A stretch of 64,000 bases of DNA from an uncultured Clostridia bacterium. GTDB taxonomy: Bacteria > Bacillota > Clostridia > TANB77 > CAG-508. The DNA lies in the NCBI GenBank assembly GCA_947594935.1, contig CANQEM010000004.1, forward strand, positions 133-64,132, given 5' to 3'. A program made the translations under genes and the position numbers. Position 1 is the stretch's first letter, and every line of letters starts with the position of its first letter. Shown here in pieces: positions 52,146 through 63,143 of this stretch. The notes under the pieces are model-generated. The model did no database searches and was not told the DNA's origin. It saw nothing but the letters and a program-made list of their open reading frames with translations.

Positions 52146-53207
52146 ATGAAGGTTGCAATAGACGCCAGAATGATAAATATGTCAGGAATAGGTACATATA
52201 TACAAAATTTAATGCAATATGGTTGCTATAATATTGCCTTAGGCAATGATGATGAAATATCAGAATTTGCAAGTAATATAAATACCATTAACTTTTCTGC
52301 ACCAATATACGGAATAAAAGAACAGATGAAATTTCCATATAAAGAATTAAAAAAATTAAAACCTGATGTACTACATGTTCCGCATTATAACATACCAATT
52401 TTTTATAGAGGAAAAATGATAGTAACAATTCATGACTTAACTCATCTTATTTACCCAGAATTCCTACCAAATAAATTTGCAAAAATTTATGCAAAATTTA
52501 TGATATGGCTAGCACTAAAAAAAGCCAGCAAAATCATTACAGTATCTGAAAATACTAAGAATGATATTTTAAAAATGTATAAGGTCAATCCTGAAAAAAT
52601 AGAAGTTATTTATAACGGAGTTGGTGAAGAATTTATAAAAAAAGATAAAAAAGAAATTGGCTATTTATATGAAAAATTCGGAATACCAAGGAATAAGAAA
52701 ATATTATTGTATGTAGGCAATTTAAAACCACATAAAAATTTAGAAAGACTGTTAGAAGCATATTCAAAAATAAATAATATAGAAGAAACTTGTTTAGTAT
52801 TAGTAGGTAAAGCCTTTGCTAATTATAACAAATTAGAAGAAAAAGAAAATAATTTAAAAATAAAAAAATATGTTATTCATACAGGAATGGTAGCAAAAGA
52901 AGAGATTATCGATTTATATAATTTAGCTGATATTTTTATATTCCCATCGCTATATGAAGGTTTTGGCTTACCAGTTTTGGAAGCTTTGGCATGTGGAACA
53001 CAAGTTATATGCTCGAATACATCTTCAATGCCAGAAGTAGGGGGCAATGTAGTTGAATATATAGATCCATTAAATGTGGAAGATATAAAGGAAAAAATAG
53101 AAAAATCAGATAAGAAATCAGAAGATTTAATCAACAAACAGTTGTCAAAATTTTCTTGGAAAAAAACGTATGAAAAAACTTGGGAGGTTATAACTAAAAG
53201 TGACTAA
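52146..53207 (+). CDS. glycosyltransferase family 4
   Basis: MKVAIDARMINMSGIGTYIQNL, PSLYEGFGLPVLEALACG. Confidence 0.8.
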   Translation: MKVAIDARMINMSGIGTYIQNLMQYGCYNIALGNDDEISEFASNINTINFSAPIYGIKEQMKFPYKELKKLKPDVLHVPHYNIPIFYRGKMIVTIHDLTHLIYPEFLPNKFAKIYAKFMIWLALKKASKIITVSENTKNDILKMYKVNPEKIEVIYNGVGEEFIKKDKKEIGYLYEKFGIPRNKKILLYVGNLKPHKNLERLLEAYSKINNIEETCLVLVGKAFANYNKLEEKENNLKIKKYVIHTGMVAKEEIIDLYNLADIFIFPSLYEGFGLPVLEALACGTQVICSNTSSMPEVGGNVVEYIDPLNVEDIKEKIEKSDKKSEDLINKQLSKFSWKKTYEKTWEVITKSD

Positions 53208-54405
53208 AAAAATAAATCTAGAACGCGTATTGATAAAGGCATACATTCTAATTTTGATATTTGAAGGACCCATTCGTTATGCTTTAAATAGAATAAATTT
53301 AGCAACACTAATTTATGTAAAAGACGGAATTATTTTACTAATACTTTTATTAGGATTAAAAAAAATTAAGTTCAATAGACAACATTTTATACTTTTTGCA
53401 ATTATAATCAGTTCACTATTTATGTCGATTATATATATATCAAATTATGGACAAATAGGTTTTTTTATTATCAAAGTTCTAGCAATTTTTTTAGCTGGAC
53501 TTACGCAATATAAAAATATATTGCAAGATATTCAAGAAAATAAACGCTTTTACATTATTTGTTTTGTCATAACAGTTGGAGGAGTATTGCTAAATGACAT
53601 AGTGAGATTCCCTTGGGAAGGGGTAACCTATGAAATAGGAGATAATATTGTAACAGCTTCAAGAGAATGGTCAACATTAGGACAAAGAAGGTTAGCAGGT
53701 TTTACTAGAAGCTCTATAAATACTGCAACATATATAATGTTTTTTGCAATGTTAATACAATTAAATAAAAAAATAAAAAAACCAGTCAAAATTATTTGTT
53801 GTATATTAACATTTTACAGTATTTACTTAACTACTACAAAAGGTATGCTGATAGCCTGTATATTATTTTATGTAATGAACTTTTTTAAATTTACTTTTAA
53901 TAAAAAAATTATAATAAGCATTTTAATAGGCTTCATGATTTTTTTACCAATATTTTCAACAATATGTGAACCATTTTTTGATTTCCTAATGGATAACTTA
54001 GACTATGAAATATATACAAAATACTTTGCATCTTTTAAAGATAGATTATGCAATACATGGCCAAGGGCTTTGGAATTGGCAACAAAACGAGGAAATTGGA
54101 TATTAGGTAGAGGCATGGGCGGTATAGATAGTAGCCAAACTGTTTATGAAAGATTGCTATATTGTCCAGCAGACAACATGTTTGTGTATTTATATGTAAC
54201 TTTCGGACTACCATCATTATTATTTTTTTACTACATTATTAAAAATGTCAATAAAATGACTTTTGAAAATCAGTCTGAGATATACATGTATAATATTTTA
54301 CTGATTTCTTGTGCGTATGGAATAGTCAGCAATGTTTTAGAAGGTAGCTTATTATGCTTGACTTTAGGTGGGTGTATACGGAAATATGATGAGTTCGCAA
54401 TATAG
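53200..54405 (+). CDS. O-antigen polymerase/ligase-like (Wzy) polytopic membrane protein
   Basis: About 10 predicted TM segments within a glycan locus. Low similarity is expected for Wzy. An in-frame CGG lies at 54379-54381, near the C-terminus. Confidence 0.5.
   Translation: MTKKINLERVLIKAYILILIFEGPIRYALNRINLATLIYVKDGIILLILLLGLKKIKFNRQHFILFAIIISSLFMSIIYISNYGQIGFFIIKVLAIFLAGLTQYKNILQDIQENKRFYIICFVITVGGVLLNDIVRFPWEGVTYEIGDNIVTASREWSTLGQRRLAGFTRSSINTATYIMFFAMLIQLNKKIKKPVKIICCILTFYSIYLTTTKGMLIACILFYVMNFFKFTFNKKIIISILIGFMIFLPIFSTICEPFFDFLMDNLDYEIYTKYFASFKDRLCNTWPRALELATKRGNWILGRGMGGIDSSQTVYERLLYCPADNMFVYLYVTFGLPSLLFFYYIIKNVNKMTFENQSEIYMYNILLISCAYGIVSNVLEGSLLCLTLGGCIRKYDEFAI
54379..54381 (+). other. 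in-frame CGG-A near the C-terminus of the Wzy-like gene; outcome ambiguous
   Basis: (54379-53200)=1179. The 0 frame ends 9 codons later (RKYDEFAI*). The +1 frame ends 18 codons later (GNMMSSQYRKENNSNENIVS*). Confidence 0.4.
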
Positions 54406-54422
54406 AAAGGAAAATAATTCAA

Positions 54423-55619
54423 ATGAAAATATTGTTAGTTAATACATTTTATTATCCTAATATAGTTGGTGGTGCAGAATATAGTACTAAATTATTAGCA
54501 GAAGGATTAGAAAAAAATGGAAATCAAGTATCTGTATTTACAGTTGATAGAGCCTTAAGTAAATGCGAAGAAGAAAACATAAATGGAATTAAAATTTATA
54601 GAGGAACAGGAGGAAAGTTTAATACATTAGTAAGATTTACCAAAAAAGGATCTGTTTTTATAAAAATAAGAAATAAATTTATAGAATTGAAAAACAGCAA
54701 AATCATAGATGAACTAGAAAAAGTTGTAATAGATTTTCAACCTGATGTAATACATACAAATAATATATACGGAATATCACCAATAATTTGGAAATATGCA
54801 AATCAAAAGAAAATTCCATGTATACATACTATAAGAGATTACTGGATTGTAAATCCTAAAAACGTAATGCCGAAGAATAAAAATATATTACTAAAAAAAT
54901 ATCAAGAGCATTTTGAAAAATATTCTGACTATGTAAATATTGTTACATCACCATCCAAATTTACGTTAGAGAACATATTAAAATTCAAATATTTTAAAAA
55001 TGCTGAAAGCCATGTGGTATTTAACAGTGTAGATTTAAATATGGAAGAAACCAAAAACTACATAGAGAAAAGAAAACGATATGGTAGTAAGAAAATCAAA
55101 TATCTATTTGTAGGAAGCCTATTTGAAAATAAAGGAATACGAAATTTGTTATCAGCATTTGAACAAATAAAGAACGAAGATATAAGTTTAACAATTTGTG
55201 GAAAAGGTAATTTAGAAGAATTAGTAAAAACAGCAGCACAAAATGATAACAGAATAACCTATAAAGGAATGCTAGAAAAAGATGAATTAAAAAAAGTCTG
55301 GTTAGAAAATGACGTTTTAATAGTTCCTTCTATATGGGATGAACCATTTGGACGAGTTGTCATAGAAGGAAATCAATATGGACTACCTGTTATTGGGTCT
55401 AACAAAGGTGGAATAGCAGAAATATTAGATAATACTCACTCTGGGGTAACATATCAGTATGACAGCGTAGAAGAATTAAAAAAAGCTATTATTCAATTTA
55501 CAGATAGAGATAATATAAAAAAATATTATGACAGCATATTAAAGAATATAGAAATATATTCAATAAAGAAACAAATAGAAAGTTATGAAAAAATATATAA
55601 AAAATTGGAGATGAATTAA
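54423..55619 (+). CDS. glycosyltransferase family 4
   Basis: MKILLVNTFYYPNIVGGAEYS, PSIWDEPFGRVVIEGNQYGLPVIGSNKGG. Confidence 0.8.
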   Translation: MKILLVNTFYYPNIVGGAEYSTKLLAEGLEKNGNQVSVFTVDRALSKCEEENINGIKIYRGTGGKFNTLVRFTKKGSVFIKIRNKFIELKNSKIIDELEKVVIDFQPDVIHTNNIYGISPIIWKYANQKKIPCIHTIRDYWIVNPKNVMPKNKNILLKKYQEHFEKYSDYVNIVTSPSKFTLENILKFKYFKNAESHVVFNSVDLNMEETKNYIEKRKRYGSKKIKYLFVGSLFENKGIRNLLSAFEQIKNEDISLTICGKGNLEELVKTAAQNDNRITYKGMLEKDELKKVWLENDVLIVPSIWDEPFGRVVIEGNQYGLPVIGSNKGGIAEILDNTHSGVTYQYDSVEELKKAIIQFTDRDNIKKYYDSILKNIEIYSIKKQIESYEKIYKKLEMN

Positions 55620-56909
55620 ATGTACAAAATAGCAGTTGCAGGAACAGGTTATGTAGGATTAGTAGCAGGTGTGTGTTTTGCTGAAAAAGGGCAAAATGTA
55701 ATATGTGTTGATATTGACGAAAATAAAATAAAAAAAATGAAATCAGGAATTGCACCTATATATGAAGAAAATTTAGAAGAATTGATGAAAAAAAATTACA
55801 AGGCAGGACGAATTGATTACACAACAGATTATAAAAGAGCATACAAAGATGCAGATTTTATATTCATAGGTGTTGGCACACCAGAAAGAGAAGATGGATC
55901 AGCAAACTTAGATTATGTTTATGGAGTAGCCAATCAAATAGCAGAAACAGTTGAAAAAAACTGTATAATAGTTGTTAAATCAACTGTTCCAATAGGAACT
56001 AATGACAAAATAGAAAAATATATTAAAGATAATTTGAAGCATAATGTTCAAGTTGATGTTGCAAGTAATCCGGAATTTTTAGCACAAGGTACAGCAGTAA
56101 GAGACACTTTACATGCAGCTAGAATTGTTATAGGAACAGAAAATAAGTATGTAGAAGAACAAATGTTAAAGTTATATGAAAATTTCAATTTACCAATTGT
56201 TTCTACAAATAGGCGAAGTGCAGAAATGGTAAAGTACGCATCAAATGATTTTCTAGCATTAAAAATAAGCTATATGAATGATATAGCTAATCTTTGCGAA
56301 GTTGTTGGAGCAAACATTGAAGATGTTGCAAAAGGAATGAGTTATGATAAAAGGATAGGAGATAAATTCTTGAATGCTGGTTGTGGATATGGTGGAAGTT
56401 GCTTCCCAAAAGATACAAAAGCTTTGCACTTCTTAGCTGAGCAAGGTGGATATGAACTAAAAACAGTAAAAGCAGCAATTGAAATCAACAAAAATCAAAA
56501 ATTAGTTTTACTAAAAAAAGCAAGAAAAATATTTGAAAAATTTAACAATTTAAATATTGCTATTTTAGGTTTAACTTTTAAACCTGGTACAGATGATTTG
56601 AGAGAAGCGCCATCATTAGATAATATTGATATTCTTCTAAAAGAAGGAGCTAAGATAAAAGCCTATGACCCAGTTGGAGTTGAAAATTATAAAAAGAAAT
56701 ATCCAACAGAAATAGAATATACAAGTACACCACAACAAGCTTTACAAGATGCTGATATGTGCTTTATTTTTACAGAATGGGATGAAATCCAAAATGTAAG
56801 ACCAGAAGAATATGGAAATTTAATGAAAACACCATATATATTTGACGGAAGAAATATATACACATTAGAAGAAATGAAGGAATTAAATTATTATTCTATT
56901 GGAAGATAA
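55620..56909 (+). CDS. ugd: UDP-glucose 6-dehydrogenase
   Basis: MYKIAVAGTGYVGLV, NPEFLAQGTAVRD, GYGGSCFPKDTKAL. Confidence 0.92.
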   Translation: MYKIAVAGTGYVGLVAGVCFAEKGQNVICVDIDENKIKKMKSGIAPIYEENLEELMKKNYKAGRIDYTTDYKRAYKDADFIFIGVGTPEREDGSANLDYVYGVANQIAETVEKNCIIVVKSTVPIGTNDKIEKYIKDNLKHNVQVDVASNPEFLAQGTAVRDTLHAARIVIGTENKYVEEQMLKLYENFNLPIVSTNRRSAEMVKYASNDFLALKISYMNDIANLCEVVGANIEDVAKGMSYDKRIGDKFLNAGCGYGGSCFPKDTKALHFLAEQGGYELKTVKAAIEINKNQKLVLLKKARKIFEKFNNLNIAILGLTFKPGTDDLREAPSLDNIDILLKEGAKIKAYDPVGVENYKKKYPTEIEYTSTPQQALQDADMCFIFTEWDEIQNVRPEEYGNLMKTPYIFDGRNIYTLEEMKELNYYSIGR

Positions 56910-56934
56910 ATTTATATTAAGGAAGGAAATAAAA

Positions 56935-57798
56935 ATGTATAAATTAGGCTTTGTAATTTTACATTATATTGACGCAGAAGAAACAATCAATTGTGTCCAA
57001 TCTATAATAGAAAAAATAGATACAACAGATTATGAAATTGTAATTGTAGATAATGCTTCACCGAACAACTCTTTAAATGAGTTAAAATCTCAGTATTCAA
57101 ATGAACCAAAAGTACATATTCTTTCAAATGAAAAGAATTTAGGGTTTTCAGGTGGAAATAATGTAGGATTTAAATATGCCAAAGAAAAATTAGGATGTCA
57201 GTTTATTGTAATGACAAACAATGATACATATTTGATACAAGATGATTTCTTTAAATGTATTTTAGAAGAATATAAGACGAGCAACTTTGCCGTTTTAGGT
57301 CCAAAAATACATATACCTAATAATAAATTTTACTATTTTGACGGAAGAATGAAAACGGTATCAGAATTAAGAAAAACTAATATAAAACTTTTCATTAAAG
57401 TTTTAGCAAACTATTTATATTTAGGAAATTTGTTTGAGAAAAATATAAAACCAAATGAAATTACTGATGACAAAATTATAAATAACAAAAAATATGATGT
57501 TGCACTTCATGGATGTTGTTTAATATTTTCACCTAAATATATAGAATTGTTCAACGGAATAGAAGAAAAAACATTTTTATATTGTGAAGAAGATTTATTG
57601 TATTTACGATTAAAAAAGAATAATCTCATGTCAGTATATTGCCCAGAAGTGTCAATATTTCACAAAATGAAAGTAGCTACAAGAAAAAGTAATAAAGATG
57701 AGAGAAAAACTAATATTTTCAAATATACTAATATGATTACTGCCAATAGAATCTTAATAAAAAGTTTAAAAGAATATTATAAAACTGTTGAAAAATAA
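56935..57798 (+). CDS. glycosyltransferase family 2
   Basis: GFVILHYIDAEETINCVQSI...VIVDNASPNNS, GFSGGNNVG. Confidence 0.8.
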   Translation: MYKLGFVILHYIDAEETINCVQSIIEKIDTTDYEIVIVDNASPNNSLNELKSQYSNEPKVHILSNEKNLGFSGGNNVGFKYAKEKLGCQFIVMTNNDTYLIQDDFFKCILEEYKTSNFAVLGPKIHIPNNKFYYFDGRMKTVSELRKTNIKLFIKVLANYLYLGNLFEKNIKPNEITDDKIINNKKYDVALHGCCLIFSPKYIELFNGIEEKTFLYCEEDLLYLRLKKNNLMSVYCPEVSIFHKMKVATRKSNKDERKTNIFKYTNMITANRILIKSLKEYYKTVEK

Positions 57799-57817
57799 AA
57801 TAAAAGGAGCGAGAAAG

Positions 57818-59011
57818 TTGACAAAAATAGGATTAGTTGGAGCTTTCGATAGAAACAATTATGGAGATGTTTTAATGCCCATAATATTTGAAGAGTATAT
57901 GAAAAAAAGAGAACCTGATTTTAAATTTGATTATTTTGGATTAGCAGACTCTAATATGCAAAAAATAAAAGGAGTAAACACAAAGGCATTATACAGAATT
58001 AACGAAGAAAATATGAAATTTGACTTTATAGTCATAGTTGGTGGCGAAGTACTTACATCACAGTATAGTAACATGTATTTAAATTTACAAAATAATAATA
58101 AAACAATATTTTTTGGTAATTTATTTAAAATTTTTAGTAAAAAGTTATTTAATCAATATGCAAAAAAGAAGCTTCATGGGCAAGAAATCTATCCTTGGAT
58201 AATAGGGGATAATACTGTTGGAAATGCTAAGATTATATATAACACAGTTGGTGGAAAAAATTGCAAAAGCATACAACCAAATATCGATAATTTCAATAGA
58301 GCTAGCTATATTTCTGTAAGAGAATTGGAAACATATAAAAAGTTAGAATCAATGAATTTAACAACAGAATTGCAGTTATACCCAGATTCAGTTGTTAGTG
58401 TATCTGACATTATTACAGAGAAAAAGTTAAATGAAAATGTTACTGATAATCTTGTTAAAGAAGTATCTAATTTTGGAAAGTACTTCGTTTTTCAATGTAA
58501 AAATGCCATAGGCAAAAAATATGTGAATCAAATAGTTAAAGAAATTGAAAAAATATTTATGCAATACAATATAGGCTGTGTATTTTTACCAATAGGCTAT
58601 GCACAAGGTCACGAAGATAATATTATTTTAAAAAAAATATATGACAAAGTAAAAACTAAAAAATTGTTAATTGATCAAAATACAATATATGACACAATAT
58701 ATGTAATAAAAAATGCAGACTTATTTTGTGGGACAAGTCTACATGGAATTATTACTTCTATTTCATATCAAATACCACATTTCGCATTAACAAATAATAT
58801 AGAAAAACAAATTGATTTTATCAAAACATGGAAAACAAGTGAAATATGTTATACAGAAATAAAAGATTTATCAGAAAATTTTGGAAAATTATATGAAAGT
58901 GAAACAAATAAACAAATTATGAAAGAAGCAAGAAAAAACTTGATTAATCTTGCAAATGAAAACTTTGAGAAAATATATAGTATTTTAAAGGAAAATGAAA
59001 AACATGAATAA
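57818..59011 (+). CDS. polysaccharide pyruvyl transferase-like protein
   Basis: KIGLVGAFDRNNYGDVLMP is an N-terminal motif and GTSLHG is a C-terminal motif, both reminiscent of the PS_pyruv_trans family. The TTG start is uncertain. Confidence 0.5.
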   Translation: MTKIGLVGAFDRNNYGDVLMPIIFEEYMKKREPDFKFDYFGLADSNMQKIKGVNTKALYRINEENMKFDFIVIVGGEVLTSQYSNMYLNLQNNNKTIFFGNLFKIFSKKLFNQYAKKKLHGQEIYPWIIGDNTVGNAKIIYNTVGGKNCKSIQPNIDNFNRASYISVRELETYKKLESMNLTTELQLYPDSVVSVSDIITEKKLNENVTDNLVKEVSNFGKYFVFQCKNAIGKKYVNQIVKEIEKIFMQYNIGCVFLPIGYAQGHEDNIILKKIYDKVKTKKLLIDQNTIYDTIYVIKNADLFCGTSLHGIITSISYQIPHFALTNNIEKQIDFIKTWKTSEICYTEIKDLSENFGKLYESETNKQIMKEARKNLINLANENFEKIYSILKENEKHE

Positions 59012-60422
59012 GGAAAAAGAACTAATAAAAAATACAATTATAATAACAATAGGTAAAATAGCAACTCAATTCATAAGTTTCTTTTTATTACCATTATATA
59101 CTGCTATTTTGACAACAGAAGAATATGGAATTGTAGATTTATTGAATACTTATGTATCACTTTTGATTCCTATCATAACTTTTCAAGTGATACAAGGAGT
59201 TTTTCGATTTCTTATAGATTATAGGAAAGAAGAAGAACAAAAACAAACATTGATTACTACATCTTTGTTTTTTATAATTTTCCAATCAATGGTGTTTCTT
59301 GTTATCTTTTTCATAATAGGAAACTATATTGAAAATCAGTATAAATATTTTTTAGCAACTAATGTAATTGCAATGACATTTTCAAACTTCATGTTACAAA
59401 TTTCAAGAGGATTAGGAGATAACAAAAGCTATTCTGTTGGCAGTTTTATCACGGCTGTTAGTGCAGTGTTATTAAATGTATTATTTATTGCAGTTATTAA
59501 GTGGGGCGCTTATGGAATGCTAATCGCTACACTTATTTCTAATATATTATGCACAGCATATTTATTTTATAAAAAAAGAATATATAAGTATATACATATA
59601 AATAGTTTTAGCAAGACAAAATTAAAAGAAATATTAAAGTATTCATTTCCACTAATACCACATTCAATATCTTGGTGGATTATAAATGCCTCAGATAGAA
59701 CAATTTTAAGTCTTTTTCTTGGAATTGGAATTACAGGTATATACTCAATTGCAACAAAGTTTTCTGCAATAATAGAAACTTTTTATAATATATTTAATCT
59801 AACTTGGACCGAATCAGCATCAGTATATGTAAAAGATGCAGAAAAAGACAATTTTTTTAATAATACAATAAACACAACATATAACTTTTTTTCAGCTATT
59901 TGTTTTGGTGTGATTGGATGTATGCCATTTATATTTCCAATACTTATCAACGAAAGATACATGGATGCCTATACTCAAATTCCACTACTTGTTCTTAGCA
60001 CATTATTTAATATAGTTATAGGACTGCTAGGTGGAATTTACATAGCCAATAAAAAGACAAAAGAAGTTGCAAAAACTTCTTTAATATCAGCAATTATAAA
60101 TTTGTTAGTAAATGTTTTGCTAGTTAAAAAAATTGGAATATATGCAGCCTCATTATCTACTTTTATAGCATACTTAACAATGATGATATATAGATATATT
60201 GATGTTCAAAAATATGCAAAAATTAAAATAAAAACAAAAACATTATTTATAAATGTACTTTTAATATTAGTTATATTGCCATTATATTATCTTAAAAATT
60301 TTTATACAAATATAATTATGTTTATAATAGTTGTTATATATGCGATATTTATAAATCTAAAAACATTTAATAGCATATTTAAAATGCTTAAAGAAAAAAT
60401 CATGAAAAAAAGTGATAGTTAA
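59004..60422 (+). CDS. oligosaccharide flippase (Wzx, MOP superfamily)
   Basis: About 12-14 TM segments, N-terminus KNTIIITIGKIATQFISFFLLPLYT, in a glycan-locus context. Confidence 0.75.
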   Translation: MNKEKELIKNTIIITIGKIATQFISFFLLPLYTAILTTEEYGIVDLLNTYVSLLIPIITFQVIQGVFRFLIDYRKEEEQKQTLITTSLFFIIFQSMVFLVIFFIIGNYIENQYKYFLATNVIAMTFSNFMLQISRGLGDNKSYSVGSFITAVSAVLLNVLFIAVIKWGAYGMLIATLISNILCTAYLFYKKRIYKYIHINSFSKTKLKEILKYSFPLIPHSISWWIINASDRTILSLFLGIGITGIYSIATKFSAIIETFYNIFNLTWTESASVYVKDAEKDNFFNNTINTTYNFFSAICFGVIGCMPFIFPILINERYMDAYTQIPLLVLSTLFNIVIGLLGGIYIANKKTKEVAKTSLISAIINLLVNVLLVKKIGIYAASLSTFIAYLTMMIYRYIDVQKYAKIKIKTKTLFINVLLILVILPLYYLKNFYTNIIMFIIVVIYAIFINLKTFNSIFKMLKEKIMKKSDS

Positions 60423-60442
60423 ATAAGGAAGGAATGGTAATG

Positions 60443-62167
60443 ATGGAATCACTAAAAAAATATTCTGAATGGTTGAACTCTGATATTTTTGATGAAGATA
60501 CCAAGAAAGAGTTAAAACAAATAGAAAGTGATGAAAAAGAAATAGAAGATAGATTTTATAAAGATTTAGAGTTTGGAACTGGTGGACTACGTGGAGTGAT
60601 GGGAGCAGGAACCAACAGAATGAATATTTATACAGTAAGAAAAGCAACACAAGGCTTAGCCAACTATATTAAAAGTAACAATTATCAAAAAAATGGCGTA
60701 GCTATTGCTTATGATTCAAGAAACAATTCAAGTAAGTTTAGTGAAGAAGTGGCATTATGCTTAAATGCTAATGGAATAGTAACTTATAGATTTGAATCTT
60801 TAAGACCAACGCCAGAATTATCTTATGCAGTTAAAGAACTAAAATGTATAGCAGGAGTAGTAATTACAGCAAGCCATAATCCGCCAGAATATAACGGATA
60901 TAAAGTTTATTGGGAAGATGGAGGACAAATAGTATTACCACATGACAAGAATATAATCAACGAAGTTAATAAAATAAAGGATTTTAATGAAATTAAAACT
61001 ATTTCTAAAAAAGAGGCAATAGATAGAGGTTTATATAAAGAAATAGGTAAGAATATAGATGACAAATATATAGCCACAATTAAAAAATTGATATTAAACC
61101 CAGAAATAGTTAAAGAAATGGCAAAAGAAATAAAAATAGTATATACGCCTTTACACGGAACAGGAAATGTGCTAGTTCAACGTATTTTACATGAAATTGG
61201 CTTTGAAAATTTATATGTGGTACCTGAACAAGAAAAACCAGATGGCAATTTTCCAACTGTAAGTTATCCAAACCCAGAAGATAAAAATGCTTTTAATTTA
61301 GCGTTGAAATTAGCTGAAAAGGTTAATGCAGATATAGTACTTGCAACTGACCCAGATGCAGATAGATTGGGAGTTTATGTTAAAGATGTAGAAAAAAATA
61401 CATATCAAGCTTTAACTGGAAATATGTCAGGGCTACTAATTGCAGAATATAGATTGTCACAAATGAAAGAAAAAGGAATATTACCAAATAATGGGGCATT
61501 AGTAAAAACAATAGTGTCATCTAATATGGCAAATAAGATGGTTGAAGAATATGGAATAAAATTAGTTGAAGTTTTAACAGGATTTAAATACATAGGAGAA
61601 CAAATAAAATTATTTGAACAAAGTAATACTTATCAATATCTATTTGGGTATGAAGAAAGCTATGGATGTTTGATAGGAACGTATGCAAGAGATAAGGACG
61701 CTGTTTCAGCAGTTATGGCTATTTGTGAAGCTGCAACATTTTACAAAAATCAAGGAAAAACTTTGTGGGAACAAATGGTAAGTATATATGAAAAATATGG
61801 ATATTATAAAGAGGGCTTAGCCTCAGTAACTTTACAAGGAATAGAAGGCATAAAGAAAATAAAGAGCATTATGGAAAATTTAAGAAAAAATCCAATACAA
61901 CAAGTTAACAAAATAAAAGTACAAGCTTTGAGAGATTATGAGAAACAAGAAAAAATAAATTTCAAAGATGAAAAAATAGAAAAATTATTTTTACCAAAAT
62001 CTAATGTTTTATATTATGAATTAGAAGATAATGCTTGGTTTTGTATAAGACCATCTGGAACAGAACCTAAAATTAAGATTTACATGGGAGTGGTTGGAAC
62101 AAGCATAATAGATTCAGAAAATAAGCTAGAAAAAATAAAAAATGAACTATTAAAAATTATAAAATAA
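60443..62167 (+). CDS. phosphoglucomutase/phosphomannomutase family protein
   Basis: FGTGGLRG, TASHNPPEYNGYK (phosphoserine loop), TDPDADR, GYEESYG, RPSGTEPKIK. Confidence 0.9.
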   Translation: MESLKKYSEWLNSDIFDEDTKKELKQIESDEKEIEDRFYKDLEFGTGGLRGVMGAGTNRMNIYTVRKATQGLANYIKSNNYQKNGVAIAYDSRNNSSKFSEEVALCLNANGIVTYRFESLRPTPELSYAVKELKCIAGVVITASHNPPEYNGYKVYWEDGGQIVLPHDKNIINEVNKIKDFNEIKTISKKEAIDRGLYKEIGKNIDDKYIATIKKLILNPEIVKEMAKEIKIVYTPLHGTGNVLVQRILHEIGFENLYVVPEQEKPDGNFPTVSYPNPEDKNAFNLALKLAEKVNADIVLATDPDADRLGVYVKDVEKNTYQALTGNMSGLLIAEYRLSQMKEKGILPNNGALVKTIVSSNMANKMVEEYGIKLVEVLTGFKYIGEQIKLFEQSNTYQYLFGYEESYGCLIGTYARDKDAVSAVMAICEAATFYKNQGKTLWEQMVSIYEKYGYYKEGLASVTLQGIEGIKKIKSIMENLRKNPIQQVNKIKVQALRDYEKQEKINFKDEKIEKLFLPKSNVLYYELEDNAWFCIRPSGTEPKIKIYMGVVGTSIIDSENKLEKIKNELLKIIK

Positions 62168-62181
62168 GAAAGCAGGAATAT

Positions 62182-63129
62182 ATGGAAATACTTTTTTTAG
62201 AACCAGTATATAAAGATTATATATGGGGAGGTCAAAGATTAAAAAAAGAATTTAATAAAGAAACTCCTTACGATAATACAGCAGAAAGTTGGGAAATATC
62301 AACTAATGAACACGGAAAAAGTAAAATAAAAAATGGAAAATTTAAAGATAGATATTTAAGTGAAATATTTAACATGATTGATATGCGAGAAGATATATTT
62401 GGAACTAAATGCTTAAACTTAGATAAATTTCCGTTGCTAATAAAATTTATAGATGCAAAAAAAGATTTATCTGTGCAAGTGCATCCAGATGACGAATATG
62501 CAAGAAAGTATGAAAACGATTCTGGAAAAGTAGAAATATGGTATATATTAGATTGTAAACCAAATGCTAAAATTATATATGGATTAAAACCACAAGTAAA
62601 CAAAAGCACATTTGAAAAAGCTTTAAGGACAGGAAATGTAGAAAAATATTTAAACTATATAGATATAAAAAAAGGTGATGTTATATATGTTCCATCAGGG
62701 ACGATACATGCAATTCTTGCAGATACTTTAATATGTGAAATACAACAAAATTCCGATTTGACTTATAGAGTATACGACTGGAATAGAGTTGATAAAAATG
62801 GACAACCGAGAGAACTCAACATAAAGAAGGCGATAGATGTTATAAAATTGAACACTGAGATTAAAAAAGTAGAAAGCGATAATGAAGATTGTCAAGAGTT
62901 GTTAAATTCAAAATACTTTAATGTTGAAAAAATAGAAGCTAATGGTATCTATACTAAAAAATCAGATAAAAAATCTTTTAATGCTGTAAATGTAATAGCA
63001 GGTAACGGAATTATACATACATCAGATGAAGAATATATGATAAAAAAGGGAGATAGCTTTATTATTCCATCAGCAATAGGCGAATATACAATAATTGGAA
63101 AAGTTAAATTATTATATTCATATATTTAA
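62182..63129 (+). CDS. manA: mannose-6-phosphate isomerase, class I
   Basis: YIWGG, ESWEIS, LSVQVHPDD, YVPSGTIHAI. Confidence 0.88.
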   Translation: MEILFLEPVYKDYIWGGQRLKKEFNKETPYDNTAESWEISTNEHGKSKIKNGKFKDRYLSEIFNMIDMREDIFGTKCLNLDKFPLLIKFIDAKKDLSVQVHPDDEYARKYENDSGKVEIWYILDCKPNAKIIYGLKPQVNKSTFEKALRTGNVEKYLNYIDIKKGDVIYVPSGTIHAILADTLICEIQQNSDLTYRVYDWNRVDKNGQPRELNIKKAIDVIKLNTEIKKVESDNEDCQELLNSKYFNVEKIEANGIYTKKSDKKSFNAVNVIAGNGIIHTSDEEYMIKKGDSFIIPSAIGEYTIIGKVKLLYSYI

Positions 63130-63143
63130 AAATGGAGGTTAAA

